Shown here piece by piece: positions 1 to 12,418 of a stretch of 64,000 bases of DNA (within the stretch, counting starts at the first letter, position 1; every line of letters starts with the position of its first letter). The notes under the pieces are model-generated. The model searched no databases, was not told the DNA's origin, and was given only the letters and a program-made list of their open reading frames with translations. The translations under genes were made by a program, and so were the position numbers. Source of the stretch: Scenedesmus sp. PABB004 (taxonomy: Eukaryota); contig JABVCE010000025.1 in NCBI GenBank assembly GCA_014905635.1, forward strand, positions 248,001-312,000. The letters run 5' to 3'.

Positions 1-294
1 GTAGACTGCGCAGCAGCGGGCGGGCGCTGGGCGGCGCGCCGCAGCAGCAGCGGAGCAGCGGCGTGCGTTCGCGCGCCGCTCACTGATGTCCTCGACCGCC
101 TCGAGGTAGTTGTCGAAGTCGCTCTTGGACTCAAAGTCGCCCCGCGTCTTGGTGTAGCTGCGCGGGGCGGGCGCCGCGGGATCACGCTGCAGGAGCAGCG
201 GCGGCGGCGCGCGGCATCCCCCCTGGGCGCGCCGCGGCGCGCACATGCCCAGGATCCGGCGGCGATGCTGCAGCTCGCGGGTGACGTCCTCCAT
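1..294 (-). CDS. MAT1: CDK-activating kinase assembly factor MAT1, 5' part (continues off the left edge)
   Basis: ATG at 294. Exons 294-245 and 157-84 (GT-AG introns) give MEDVTRELQHRRRILGI-YTKTRGDFESKSDFDNYLEAVEDI, matching the MAT1 centre motif (I.NK.EEDF.SL.EYNDYLEEVEDI). No N-terminal RING, as in plant MAT1. Confidence 0.8.
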   Translation of the reverse strand, partial: MEDVTRELQHRRRILGMCAPRRAQGGCRAPPPLLLQRDPAAPAPRSYTKTRGDFESKSDFDNYLEAVEDISERRANARRCSAAAAARRPAPARCCAVY

Positions 295-334
295 GCCCGT
301 CACGCCCCCTGACACCGGCGCTGCATGCCGGGGG

Positions 335-1002
335 CGGCGCTGCGGCAGCGGCGCGCGGCGCGGGCGGCAGGCGCGCGCGCTGCGGCAGGGAGCCTGCTGC
401 GTGGGCGGCGGCGGCGGCGCTGGAGCTCCCTGCCTGCCAGCCTGCCTGCGGCGCTGTGCGGCGGTCGCGCCTGCCTCATGCACGGCGGCCGGGGCTCAGC
501 ACTCGCAACGCCTCGCGCGACGGCACAGCACGGCCCGCCCGCAGGGCCAGCACGCGCTGCTTGCTTGACCAGTGCTGCATCCGCTGCGCGCGCCGAGCGC
601 GCGGGGCCGGCCTGGTCGACACGCGCCCTGCCCGGCGGCGCTCGCCGGACGCCCTGGGCGTCCCTGCGGGCGCCTGCGCGCTCGGTGCAGGCGTCGGCGC
701 GCCCGCGCAAACATCGCGTATCTGGCAGCGCCCTCGCGGCGCCCGCAGCGCCGCCGGCGCACGCGCGGCGCGGCCAAAGCGCCGCTGTGACGTGCGCGCG
801 CGCGAAGCGGCGGCCGTCGCGCGGCGGCGGCGCGAGGGGCGGAGAGCGGCGTTCGCCTCGCGTTATGACACAAAAAATCCCTGCGCCGCGGCTGGGGCGC
901 GCTGTTGCCCCCTGCCCCGCGCGGCGCGCGGCGCGCCCACAGCTCCGTCCGAGCGAGAGAGAGAGAGCGAGAGAGTCGACAGCCCCCATCCGCCGACCAC
1001 GC
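335..1002. repeat. Duplicated block A, inverted copy of 5084-5737 (promoter/5' region shared by MAT1 and the CCCH gene)
   Basis: Reverse-complement match by eye with scattered SNPs and indels; includes the AT-rich core GTTATGACACAAAAAATCCC and a (GA)n tract. Confidence 0.9.
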
Positions 1003-1043
1003 TCTGCTCCGAGCCTGCGGGGCCGCGGCGGGGGCGGTCATGC

Positions 1044-1144
1044 GCCCACCCCGCGCGGCCGCGCGCACCCGAGTACGGCGACAGCGCCACCAGCAGCCGC
1101 AGCAGCAGCGCGCAGGCTATGCACAGCACGCTGGGCGCGTCCAT
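1044..1144 (-). pseudogene. Truncated duplicate of ALG6 exon 1 and the start of intron 1
   Basis: Encodes [26 protein letters not shown], identical to ALG6 exon 1; similarity stops about 25 nt into the intron. Confidence 0.8.
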
Positions 1145-1721
1145 CGCGGGCGCGGCAGCAGCGGCGGCGCGCCGGCCGCGTGCGCGCCGGCCGCGGGCAG
1201 GCGGTGTGGTCGCCGCGGCGGGCGGGCAGCGGGTGTGGGGCTCGGGTCTCGAGCAGGGACTGAGGGACTGGGCCGACCGACCGAGTGAGCCGCACGTGGT
1301 TACGTTGACGCTCGCTGAACCCCGGGCCCAACGCCGGCGTGAGCGGCGAACACACGAGCGGAGGAGACAGAAATGCGCAACGGTGGTGGGTGGTGGTGCC
1401 GTCGGGGGCTGCCTTGATTGCTCCCCCCGCCCACGCGGCACGGCGCGCCGCCGGCGCGTGGCCGCCTGAGAGCGCGCCACGCCCCCGGCGCCGCGCCGCG
1501 CCCGTTCCTCGTCGCTGCGCTCACTGGGATGAAGCACATGTGGGGGGCACGCGCCGGCGCGCCTGGCTACCACCACGCCCGGCCCGCAGGACCGCCGGGC
1601 CGGGGACGCCGACACACGAGCGACGACGACAGACGACAGCGCGCAGGCGTCACGCCCGCAAACCTTTCCCCTCACCACCCCCCAACACCACCACAATACG
1701 CCAAGGCCCGAGGCGCCGGCC
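1044..1721. repeat. Duplicated block B, inverted copy of 5783-6462 (ALG6 upstream region plus exon 1)
   Basis: Reverse-complement match by eye; the ORF track gives near-identical translations for both copies. Confidence 0.9.
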
Positions 1722-3064
1722 AGGGGCCGCCCTGCGAGCGCCGTCCACAGACAGACAGACAGCAACGGACGTCACCACCAACACCGTCACGCCCCCGGCA
1801 CGCGCCCCAGGTGCGGACACAGCAGCACACAGCAGCAGCAAATGGGGTGCCAGCCAGCCAGCACAGGTGCGCGCCGTCTCGAAACAGCTCTCCGCGCCGC
1901 CTCGCCTTTGGTACACGCTAGGGACGGCGCGCGCTGCAAGCCCTAGGCGTGCGCGGGGCCGCGCGCTCCCTCCTTGCCCGCCCGCCTGCACAAAAACAAA
2001 ACCCTGCAAAGAGGGTTGAATCAGGCGTGCGCGCTGATTGCGCCGCCGCCCGCCGCTGCTCTCGGCCGCAACGGCCGCTGCCGCCCGCCCATGCGGCGGG
2101 CAACCAATGTCCGCTGCTGCCACACGTCACGAGGCCGCGCCCGCGCAGCTACCCGCGGCAGGCACAGGCCGCCGCGGCGGGCAGGCGCTCCTCCTCGCGC
2201 TCCCTCGCGCGCACCGCCCGCCAAACCGCGCGCGCGCTGCACGCCCAGGCAGTCACTCAAGCTCAGGAGTCAAGCAAGCAAGTCTAGCAAGCGAGGCAGG
2301 GGGTGGGCGCGCCGCCAACGCACCGGGCGCGATGGCCTCCCCGCGGCGTGCGTGCGTTGGGGTGCGCCGGCGGCGGCGCCGCCACGGGCGCTGCAAGCGG
2401 CGCGCCCCCTCCCTCCCGCCCTCCCGCCCTCTCCCTCTCCGTCCCGCCCTCGCGCCGTGCCCGAGCGTCGGGCAGGTATGTGGCGTGCCCAATGCACTGC
2501 ACCGCCGCTGGTCGCTGGTTGCTGTCCCACCAAGAAATGCGGACCCCACGCGTGTGCCCGCCCGGCGCCATCGCCCGGCGGCGGTGCGCGCGGCACTCCC
2601 TCTGTGGCCGCCCCCCGCGGCGCGCGGGGGCGGCGGCCCGGCAATCGCGGCCGCGCGCCCCGGCGCGCGCGGCGGGGGGCGTGGTCGGAGCCCGCGCGGA
2701 GCGCTAAAACCGCCAGAGAACCGCCAATAGCCCGCCAAGAAGAAGAAGAAAAGTGCTGTCGCGCCGCGCGGCCCCTCCACACGCGCAATGTGGCGCCGCC
2801 GCGCGCCGCCGGCACGTGGCCCCGGCCGGCGGCCGCGCCGCCGCGCCGTTGGCGGTTCCTCTCTGGCACAGCAGATGCTCTCCTCCTCGCCTGCCGCCCC
2901 TCGGGCGCTCTGCCTTCTTCCAAAACACCGCGCGCGCTGCAGGCGCGCGGTCAAACGCGCAGACACTCGAATGCGACGCGATGCCACGCCCCCGCCGGGT
3001 TTGCGTCGCGGGGGCGCGCTGCTGGAGCCGCGCGCGCGCGCTGCTGGAGCAGGCGCGCGCGCGC

Positions 3065-5021
3065 TCAGGCCTGGTAGGTCGCCTGCAGCGAGAGCTGGCG
3101 CGACAGCCGGCTGGCCAGCGCGTCGAGGCCGCACGAGGGCGCGCCGTAGCCCTGGCCGTAGCACGCGTCGGCGATGCCCGGCGTGCCCGGCATCAGCGCG
3201 CCGCCGGGGAAGGCGCCGCCGCAGCCGGGGAAGGCGCCGCCGGGGCCGTCGCGCCCGAGCTCGCACGCGGGGCTGCTCGCCGCGGGCGGCAGCCAGGGCA
3301 TGCAGCTCGAGCCCGGCGGCAGCCCCGGCGCGGCGGCGTGGCCGGGGGCGGGGCTGAAGGGCCCGCCGCTGCCCGGCCAGCCGCCGCAGCCGCCCTGGGC
3401 CAGGGCCTGCTGCAGGAAGAGCGAATCGTACAGCCCGCCGCTGCCGCCGGAGCGGGAGGAGAGCTCGGAGCCGGCGCCGTCGGCGGCGCCGCCGTAGGTG
3501 GACGCGCTGGCCAGGGAGCTGGCGTTGTGGCTGCTGCAGGTCGGGCTGCTCACGTTGCTGCTGCTGCTCTGGCCGCTGCTCGGCGCGCCCAGCGCGTGCT
3601 GCTGCGGCATGGGCACGTTGGCCGCCGCCGCCGCCGCGGCCGCCGCGGCGGCCTGGTACGCCTGCGCCGCCTGGGCCATGTGGAGCAGGCTCGCGGGGTT
3701 GTTCGCGGCGGCCGCGATCGCCGCCGCCGCCGCCGCGGCCGCCGCGGCCTGGTGCTGCTGCTGCTGGCGCTGGCACGCGGCCGCGTTGGCCAGCGCCGCG
3801 CAGCTGGCCGCCTGGTAGCGGTTGATCATCGTCGCCGTCGCGCCGTCGAGCTGCTGCATCGCCGCCGCCTGGCTGCTCATCTGCGCCAGCATCGCCTGCT
3901 GCAGCAGCGCCATGTACGCGCCGTCCTTGCCCGCCGCCGCGGCGCCGGCGAGCGCGGCCGCGTCGAGGCCGGCAGCGGCCGGCGGCCGCGCGCCGGGCAG
4001 GCCTGCGAGCGCGGCCGCCGCCGCGGGCGCCGCCGCCGCGCCGCCGCTCGTCGTCGGCCCGCACGCGGTGGGCACGCGCAGCTCCTGCACCGTGTGCGCG
4101 AAGAAGCACACCGGGCGCCGGCAGGCCGTGCCGAAGCTGCACAGCTGCGTGCGGTACCTGCGCGCGGCGCGGCGCGGGGCAGCGCACGCGGGTGGGTCGG
4201 CGGCCGCGCCGCGGCGTGCCGGCGCGCCGGCGCCGCGAGCGCGCGCGCCCCCGCCCCCCGCCCGCGCGGCGGCGCTCGGGTGGCCCGGGCCCGCCCCCGC
4301 GCTTCTGTGCACCTGCTGGGGTGCAGCCACTGCTCAAACACGCCGTGGCTGTAGGGGCAGAGGTCGCCGCGCGCGCACTTGCCCGACTTGCGCGCGTCGG
4401 GGCAGGCCTCCGCGGAGTAGATGTAGCTGCGCGGGCAGCGCCGCGCCGCCTTCTCGCCCTGGTGCGTGAAGGGGCACTCGGTCCACGAGTGCGCGCCCTG
4501 CGGCCGCGCGGCGGCGTGGGGCGCGCGGCGGCGTGGGCGCGGCGCGCGCGCGCGTTGGCGTGCGCCGGCGCGTCCCCGCGCATGCGCTGCGCGTGGCGGC
4601 GCGTGGCGCCGCTGCCGGCCGCTCCCGGCCCGCCCGCGCGAGCAGGGCCGCGAGCGGGGCGCGGCAGAGATCGGCGCCCCGCCCCCGCGCCCCGCCCGGG
4701 CAGCGCCGCGATTGCGCCCGCGGCGCGCGTCGCGGCCGCACCTTGCGCGTGCAGGGCAGGACCTGCGGCGCGGCGGGGCGGGCGGGGCTGAGCGCGCGCC
4801 GGGGGGGCCAAAATATCTCGCGACGGCGACCGCCGAACAGCGCCCCCCGCCGCCCCGCGCGGCCGTCCCGGCCGCGCCGACGGCTGGCCGACCCGGAATT
4901 GCTGGGCCCCCCCGCGCTGCGCGGGCCGGCAGGGCCGCACCTTAAACTGGTAGAGCATGAACTCGTCGCTCTGCTGGCACCCCATGAGCGCCTCCGGCCC
5001 TATGCCGTCCAGTACCGTCAT
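3065..5021 (-). CDS. Plant-type RR-TZF tandem CCCH zinc-finger RNA-binding protein (4 exons)
   Basis: SDEFMLYQFK|VLPCTRK|GAHSWTECPFTHQGEKAARRCP...C-x8-C-x5-C-x3-H...GVFEQWLHPSR|YRTQLC-x5-C-x4-C-x3-H...ELR, followed by an A/Q/G/S-rich tail. Confidence 0.9.
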
Positions 5022-5083
5022 CTCGGCGGCGGCGCGGGGGCGGCAGCGACAGTCAGCGCACGCGGCTAGGAACAGAGGGCGTG

Positions 5084-5737
5084 CGTGGTCGACGGATGGG
5101 GGCTGTCGACTCTCTCTCTCTCTCGCTCGGACGGAGCTGTGGGCGCGCCGCGCGCCGCGCGGGGCAGGGGGCAACAGCGCGCCCCAGCCGCGGCGCAGGG
5201 ATTTTTTGTGTCATAACGCGAGGCGAACGCCGCTCTCCGCCCCTCGCGCCGCCGCCGCGCGACGGCCGCCGCTCCGCGCGCGCGCACGTCACAGCGGCGC
5301 TTTGGCCGCGCCGCGCGTGCGCCGGCGGCGCTGCGGGCGCCGCGAGGGCGCTGCCAGATACGCGATATTTGCGCGGGCGCGCCGACGCCTGCACCGAGCG
5401 CGCAGGCGCCCGCAGGGACGCCCAGGGCGTCCGGCGAGCGCCGCCGCCCAGGGCGCGTGTCGACCAGGCCGGCCCCGCGCGCTCGGCGCGCGCAGCGGCA
5501 GCAGCACTGGTCAAGCAAGCAGCGCGCGCTGGCCCTGCGGGCGGGCCGTGCTGTGCCGTCGCGCGAGGCGTTGCGAGTGCTGCTGAGCCCTGGCCGCCGT
5601 GCATGAGGCGGCGACCGCCGCACAGCGCCGCCGCAGGCAGGCAGGCAGGCAGGCAGGGAGCTCCAGCGCCGCTGCCGCCGCCCACGAAGCAGGCTCCCTG
5701 CCGCCGCAGCGCGCGCGCCTGCCGCCGCCGCAGCGCC
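5084..5737. repeat. Block A second copy (upstream of the CCCH gene)
   Basis: Reverse complement of 335-1002. Confidence 0.9.
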
Positions 5738-5782
5738 ACACGCACCCGCGCGTCGCCGCGGCCGGCTCCAGCAGCAGCGACC

Positions 5783-6462
5783 GGCCGGCGCCTCGGGCCT
5801 TGGCGTATTGTGGTGGTGTGGGGCGGGGGTGGTGAGGGGAAAGGTTTGCGGGCGTGACGCCTGCGCGCTGTCGTCTGTCGTCGTCGCTCGTGTGTCGGCG
5901 TCCCCGGCCCGGCGGTCCTGCGGGCCGGGCGTGGTGGTAGCCAGGCGCGCCGGCGCGTGCCCCCCACATGTGCTTCATCCCAGTGAGCGCAGCGACGAGG
6001 AACGGGCGCGGCGCGGCGCCGGGGCGTGGCGCGCTCTCAGGCGGCCACGCGCCGGCGGCGCGCCGTGCCGCGTGGGCGGGGGGAGCAATCAAGGCAGCCC
6101 CCGACGGCACCACCACCCACCACCGTTGCGCATTTCTGTCTCCTCCGCTCGTGTGTTCGCCGCTCACGCCGGCGTTGGGCCCGGGGTTCAGCGAGCGTCA
6201 ACGTAACCACGTGCGGCTCACTCGGTCGGTCGGCCCAGTCCCTCAGTCCCTGCTCGAGACCCGAGCCCCACACCCGCTGCCCGCCCGCCGCGGCGACCAC
6301 ACCGCCTGCCCGCGGCCGGCGCGCACGCGGCCGGCGCGCCGCCGCTGCTGCAGCGCCCGCGATGGACGCGCCCAGCGTGCTGTGCATAGCCTGCGCGCTG
6401 CTGCTGCGGCTGCTGGTGGCGCTGTCGCCGTACTCGGGTGCGCGCGGCCGCGCGGGGTGGGC
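5783..6462. repeat. Block B second copy (native ALG6 promoter and exon 1)
   Basis: Reverse complement of 1044-1721. Confidence 0.9.
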
Positions 6463-8627
6463 CCGGCCGGGCGCCGCGGGCGTCGGCCATCACCGCGTCG
6501 CCGACGCCGCGTGCGCCGCCCTCCGATCGCCGCGCAGGCGCCGGCACGCCGCCCAAGTATGGCGACTACGAGGCGCAGCGGCACTGGATGGAGCTGACGA
6601 CCAACCTGCCAGTCGTGGAGTGGTGCGGCGCCGCTGCTCGCTGCCGCCGCCGCGTCGCCCCGCCCTGCCCTCACCGCCCGTGCCGTCCGACCGGCCGGCA
6701 GGTACCAGGACGGCCCCCACAACGACCCAAAGTACTGGCCGCTCGATTACCCGCCGCTTTCGGGCTATCAGGCGCGGCGAGCGGCGCGCGGCGCTGAGCG
6801 CCAGCACCGGTTGCGCCAGCGCGGGCGCCGCCGCCGAGCGGCTGCCGCCGCCGCCGAGCCGCCCCGGCCTGCGCGCGCCGCAGAGCTACCTGCACGGGCT
6901 GCTGGTGCGCGCGTTCGACCCCGCCGCCGTGGCGCTGGGCACGTCGCGCGGCTACGAGACGCACTTCTCGAAGCAGCTGATGCGCTGGACGGTGCTGCTG
7001 TCGGACGTGCTCAGTGAGGCCCCGCCCGCGGCGCCGCGGCGCGCGGGAGCGCGGCGCCAGCGGCCCGCCCGCGGCGGCGCGCGGGAGCGCCCGGGGCCGC
7101 CACACCGCCGCCCGCCCGCCCGCCCGCAGTCTTCTTCCCCGCGGCCGTGCTGGCGGCGCGCGCGTTTGGCGCGCCCGGCCCGGCGCCGCGCGGCGCACGC
7201 AGCGGCGGCGCCGCCGCCGTGTCGGGGCGACTCTTTGTGCTCGCGGCGGCGCTGCTGCAGCCGGCGGCGGTGCTGATCGACCACGGGCACTTTCAATACA
7301 ACTGCATCAGCCTCGGGCTCACCGCGCTCGCCGCGACCGCGATCGCGGCGCGGCGCGACGTGCTCGGCAGCGTGCTCTTCAGCGCCGCGCTCAACCACAA
7401 GCAGATGGCCCTCTTCTACGCCCCCGCCTTCTTCGCCCACCTGCTCGGGCGCTGCCTGCAGCAGCGCGGCGCGGCGCGCAAGGCGCGCGGCCAGCCGCGG
7501 CGCGGCACGGCGCGGTGGTGTGCCGCGCTGCGCTCCCGCGCGCGCTGAGCGGCACCCCGGGGCGGCGCCGGCGCGCGCGCAGGTGCTGGCGGTCGCCCGG
7601 CTGGGCGCCGCGGTCGTCGCGACGTTTGTGGTGTGCTGGTCGCCCTGGCTGACCTCGCTCGAGGCGGCCGGCCAGGTGCTGCGCGTGGCTCGCTGCCGCC
7701 GCGCCGCCGCGCCGCCGCCGCCGCCCAACGCCCGCGCCGCGGCCGCGCCGCCGCGCGGCCAGGTCGCGCGGCGCATCTTCCCCGTGGGACGGGGGCTGTA
7801 CGAGGACTACCTCAGCAACTGGTGGTGCGTGAGCTCGGTCGCGGTCAAGTGGAAGGGCCTCGTGGCGAGCCAGGCCGCGCTCGCGCCGCTGTGTGCCGCG
7901 CTCACGCTCGCCGCGGCGGCGCCGAGCATGGCGCACCAGCTCGCGCGCCCCTCGCCGCGCGGGCTGCTGCTGGGCATGGCCAACAGCGCACTCGCGTTCT
8001 ACATGTTTGGATACCAGGTGCGCCGCGGCGGGCGCTGGGCGGGCGCTGGGGCCGCGCGCCGCACGCGCGTCGCGCACGCCGCGCTGGCCCGCGCACACCG
8101 CGCTGGCCCGCGCACGCCGTGCTGGCCCGCGCACGCCGTGCTGGCCCGCGCACGCCGCACGCCGCGCCGCGCAGGTGCACGAGAAGTCCATCCTGCTGCC
8201 GCTGCTGCCGGTGACGCTGCTCGCGGCGTCGGAGCCGGACGCGGCGGTGTGGGGCCCGGTCGTGGGCGCGTTCAGCATGTTCCCGCTGCTCTCACGCGAC
8301 GGCCTCGCGCCCGCGTACGCCGCGACGCTCGCCGCGTGGCTCGCGGTCGCGCCCGGGCTCGCGCCGCCGCGCGGCGGCGGCGCCGGCGCAGCGCCCGCGC
8401 GCTGGCGCGGCGCCGCCGCCGCGGTCGCCGTGGCGGGCGCGCTCGCGCTGCACACGGCGTCCGCGCTGCTGCCGCCGCCGGCCGCGCTGCCGTGGCTGTG
8501 GGACCGCGCGCTCGTGAGCTACGGGTTTGTGTTTGTCGCCGCCGGCATGGCCTACCTCAACGCGCGCCAGTGGGCGCTGCCCGCTGAGGAGGCGGGCACG
8601 GCCGGCGGCGGCAAGAAGGGGCTGTGA
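6362..8627 (+). CDS. ALG6: Dolichyl-PP-Man9GlcNAc2 alpha-1,3-glucosyltransferase (multi-exon)
   Basis: Motifs [58 protein letters not shown] and [12 protein letters not shown]-terminal KKGL (KKxx ER retrieval signal). Confidence 0.95.
8083..8158. repeat. Intronic tandem repeat, about 4 x 19 bp (GCTGGCCCGCGCACGCCGT)
   Basis: Read directly in the last ALG6 intron. Confidence 0.8.
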
Positions 8628-8797
8628 CGACGGCGCGCGGCGCTGCGCCCCAAACCGCGCGCGCGCGCAGCTGCGCCTCGCCTGGCGGTGGTCGTGGTCG
8701 CTCGCTTGCGCAGCCCCCGTCCGTCACCCCACGCCCCAGCGCCTCCGTTGCGCGGCCCTGGGCGTCGCCTCTGCCCTGCTCCCGCCAGCGCGCAGTC

Positions 8798-9964
8798 ATG
8801 GCGCACGCCGCCGCGCACGAGTTTGAGATGAACGCCAACGCAGTGGTGAAGGGACAGGTGCTCATCGTGGCCACGTCCTGCAACGCGTTCGGCAACAGCG
8901 GCGTCCCGACCGGGCTGTGGCTCTCCGAGCTCGCCGAGCCGTACTGGGCGCTGCACGACGCCGGCTACGACATCACGATCGCCAGCCCCGCCGGCGGCGC
9001 GGTCCCGGTGCGCGCGCGCGCCGGGCGCAGCGAGCCCTGTGCACGCACTGCGGGGGCGGCGATCTGAATGCGACACCCCCGCGCGACCGGCCTGTCCCCC
9101 GCCGCCACCGCAGATCGACCCCACCAGCCTGGAGGGCGACGCCAAGACGCCCGACGCCGCGCGCATGCTGGCAGACGGTGCGCGGCGCCGCCCCGCGGCC
9201 CCGCTGCGCGCGGCGGCAGCGCGCGGCGCCGGCCCAGCCCTCGCGCCGCCGCCCCTCGCTCCCATTGCCCCCGCCGCGCGCAGACGAGGCGCGGCTGGCG
9301 CTGGAGCGCACGGTCAAGCTGGGAGAGGTGGAGCACGCGACGTTTTACGACGCGATCGTGCTGCCGGGCGGGCACGGCCCGATGTATGACCTCGCCGTCA
9401 GCGAGCAGCTCGGCGACCTGCTGACCCAGGCCGCCGCGGCAGGCAAGCTCATCGCCGCGGTGTGCCACGGGCCGGCCGGCCTGCTGCCCGGCAAGGGCCC
9501 CGACGGCCGGCCGCTGGTCGCGGGGCGGCGCGTCACGGGCTTCACCGACAGCGAGGAGGCGGCCGTGGGCAAGGACAAGGCGCGCCGGGCGGCAGCGCGC
9601 CTCGCGGCTGGGCCCGGCCGGCGGCGGCGGCGCGGGGCGGGCCGCCGCGCCCGGCGGGCCTCGGGCTGAGCCGCCGCCGCCGCCGCCGCGCTGCCCCGCC
9701 GCGCCATGCTGCCGCCAGATCATGCCCTTCTCGCTCGAGGCCCGGCTCCGCGACGCGGGCGCCGACTTTGCGCGCGCCCCGGACTGGGCCGAGTGCGTCG
9801 TGCGCGACGGCAACCTCATCACCGGCCAGAACCCCGGCAGCGCGGTCGGCCTGGCGCGCGAGCTGCTCGCCGCGCTCGGCGAGGCGCGTGCCGGCGGCGC
9901 GGCGGCGGGCGGCGGCGTCACGTACACCGCCGGCGAGCTGGGGCTGGTCGGCAAGGGGCAGTAG
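8798..9964 (+). CDS. DJ-1/PfpI family protein, Hsp31/glyoxalase III-like (4 exons)
   Basis: TGLWLSELAEPY, IASPAGGAVP|IDPTSL, YDAIVLPGGHGPMYDL, IAAVCHGPAGL, VTGFTDSEE, DGNLITGQNPGS. Confidence 0.92.
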
Positions 9965-10152
9965 TGGGCAGGCGGTCCATTACCATTGACCCCTTGCCGG
10001 CCCGGAGCGGTGCTGCTGAGGGCGCCGCGCCGCCGCTGGTGGGGCGCGGGGTATTCGCGGAGCGAGCGCAGGGTTGTGGTTGCCGTTGGCGCGCGTGGTG
10101 GTGACTCGGCGCAACGCGCTGCCTGCCCGCCGCCAACGGCCCGCGCGCGCCG

Positions 10153-12075
10153 TCAGCAGCAGCCGGCGGCCGGCGCCGGCGCCGGCGGGGCGCGCGCCGC
10201 GAGCTCCTCGATGTCGCGCACGCCACCGCCGCCGCCGCCCGCCTCGCCGCCGCAGCCGGCCTGCTGGTGCTGTATGACCAGCTGCCCGCACGCGCCCGCG
10301 ATGTCCTGCCCCTTCTCCTGCCGCACCGTCACCGCGACGCCGCGCCGCCGCACGGCCGCCTGGAACGCCGCGACCGCGGCCTCGCCCGGCGCGCCGTAGC
10401 TGGGGCCGTCTGGAGAATAGACCGGGTTCCAGGGGCTGCGCCGCGGCGCGGCGCGGCGGGCGCGGGCCGGCCGGGCGCGGCGCGTGAGGCGGGCGCGGCC
10501 GGCGCACGCGGCGCGCGGCGGGCGCGTGGGGCGGTGCGCGGCGCGGCGCGGCGGGCGCGCGCGGGGCGGCGCGCGGCGCGGCGCGGCGGGCGCGGCGGCG
10601 CGGTGCGGCCGCACATGAGGTTGAGCACCACGTCCCGCCCCGCGAGCAGATCGCCGAGCTCCTCCGCGTGCGACGGCGCGTCGTTGACGCCGGCGAGCAT
10701 CACATACTCGACAAACACGCGCTGCCCCGACGCCGCCTGGTACTCCGACACCGCGGCCATGAGGCGCTCCAGCGGGTACGCGCGCGCGCTCGGCACGATG
10801 CTCGCCCGCAGCGCCTGGCTCGGCGCGTGCAACGACAGCGCGAGCGACACGCCCTGCGCCCGCGCGCGGCGTGCGGCGGCGGCGGCGGCGGCCGCGTCGG
10901 CGACGCCAACGACCGGCTCCGCGGCCCCGCGCCGGCGCCGCGGCCCCTCGCCCGCCCCGCACCGCCCGCGGCGGCGGCGGCGCACCGGCAGGTCGGCCGC
11001 CATGGTGCGGATGCGTGGGATGACGCCGACGGTGCTCACGGTGATGTGGCGCCGCGCGACGCCAAAGAGCCGCGGGTCGGCCATCATCCCCACCGCGTGC
11101 CGCACCGCGTCGTAGTTGGCCAGCGGCTCCCCCATGCCCTGCGCGGCGCGGCGCGGCGCGGCGGCGCGGCGGCGGCGTCGGCGCGGCTGGGCCCGCGCCC
11201 TGCAGGCGGGCGGCCGCCGCGCTGGCGCCGCCGCCGCGCTGGCGCCGCCGCCGCGCTGGCGCCGCCGCCGCGCTGGCGCCGCCGCCGCCGCGCTGACGCT
11301 GGCGCGTCACCATGAACACGACGTTCCGAATGGGCGTGACCGCGGCCGCGTGCACCAGCTGCTCGATGATCTCCCCGCAGCAGAGGTTGCCCCGCAGGCC
11401 CATCGTGCCGGTCGCGCAAAACGTGCACCCCATCTGGCACCCGACCTGCGACGACACGCACAGCGTGCTGCGCTGGTTGCCCCAGCCCGCCGCGTCGTCG
11501 CGGCCGGCGTAGCGCTCTGCGGCGGCGCGGCGGGCGCGCGGCGGCAGCGTGGGCGGGGGCCGCGCAGCGGAGCCGCTGGGTGGCGCCGCGTGGCGCCGCA
11601 TGGCCGCACGCAGCCAGGCAGCGCACCGGCTGTGTCGTAGTGCATGACGACCGCCTCCACCTGCTGCCCGTCCTGCAGCTCCAGCAGCAGCTTGGTCGTG
11701 TCCGCGCCGGCGCTGCGCTGCACGCGCAGCACGCGCGAGCTGCAGCGCGTGAAGCGCTCGGCGAGCAGCGTCGCCGCGGCCTTGGGCAGCTCCGGCACCG
11801 CGTCCCACGCCACGTCGGGGTCGCGCAGCAGCGCGCTGCGCGCGGCGGCGGCTGGCGTGACTTTGGGCCGTTGCGGCGGCGGCGGCGGCCGTGGCGGCGG
11901 CGGCGGCCGCGGCGGAGGCGGCCGGTGCGGCGGCAGCAGCCCCGGCGGCGGCAGCGGCCCCGCACCGCCAGAGCGCGAAGACGTGGAGCTCCTTCACTCC
12001 GGCCTCCATGAAGGCCTCTAGTAGAGCTGGCTGGTCCCACACGCTCAGCGGGGAGAGCGTGCGCGACGGCGGCAT
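10153..12075 (-). CDS. RlmN/Cfr-family radical SAM RNA methyltransferase (multi-exon)
   Basis: [38 protein letters not shown] (CxxxCxxC), [47 protein letters not shown]. Confidence 0.93.
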   Translation of the reverse strand: MPPSRTLSPLSVWDQPALLEAFMEAGVKELHVFALWRCGAAAAAGAAAAAPAASAAAAAAATAAAAAATAQSHASRRRAQRAAARPRRGVGRGAGAAQGRGDAARRALHALQLARAARAAQRRRGHDQAAAGAAGRAAGGGGRHALRHSRCAAWLRAAMRRHAAPPSGSAARPPPTLPPRARRAAAERYAGRDDAAGWGNQRSTLCVSSQVGCQMGCTFCATGTMGLRGNLCCGEIIEQLVHAAAVTPIRNVVFMVTRQRQRGGGGASAAAAPARRRRQRGGGASAAAARLQGAGPAAPTPPPRRRAAPRRAGHGGAAGQLRRGAARGGDDGRPAALWRRAAPHHREHRRRHPTHPHHGGRPAGAPPPPRAVRGGRGAAAPARGRGAGRWRRRRGRRRRRRTPRAGAGRVARAVVARAEPGAAGEHRAERARVPAGAPHGRGVGVPGGVGAARVCRVCDARRRQRRAVARGGARRSARGAGRGAQPHVRPHRAAAPAAPRRAPPRARPPRRAAHRPTRPPRAACAGRARLTRRARPARARRAAPRRSPWNPVYSPDGPSYGAPGEAAVAAFQAAVRRRGVAVTVRQEKGQDIAGACGQLVIQHQQAGCGGEAGGGGGGVRDIEELAARAPPAPAPAAGCC

Positions 12076-12418
12076 CCCGGCGCGAGGTGGATGGCCGCCG
12101 CCGCTGCTGTTAGCTCGTGGCGGCGGCCGCTGTCCGCGGCGCCGGGCGCGGGTCCACGGCCTCGCGAAGAGCGCGCGGACGCGCCTGCGGCCAGGCGGCT
12201 GGCCAGGCGACGGGCGGCGCCGCCAGCCGCCGCGTCGAGCTGAAGGCGGCTGCTCGCTCTGGCGTCGCCTGGCTCGCGGGCTGCGTGCGTGTCCGAGCTC
12301 TGCAGCCCGCGACAAGAGAGCAGGCGGTCACAGCGTGCGCTGCCGCGGCCGGGCGCTGAACCCAGCGCCGCGCCGCTCGTGCCCGCGCCCGCCCCGCTCG
12401 CCCGTCGCGCCTGCGTCC

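Noticed and set aside
1..294. MAT1 lacking its RING finger as damage from the neighbouring rearrangement
   Set aside because: RING-less MAT1 is normal in the green lineage.
8083..11300. Short tandem repeats in introns as a CRISPR-like array or introner elements
   Set aside because: No unique spacers or cas genes; no shared sequence between different introns beyond splice signals and low complexity.
10153..12075. Bacterial-type RlmN/Cfr gene as recent horizontal transfer or a resistance gene
   Set aside because: It is intron-rich with host codon usage, and RlmN-like genes are established in plants and algae.
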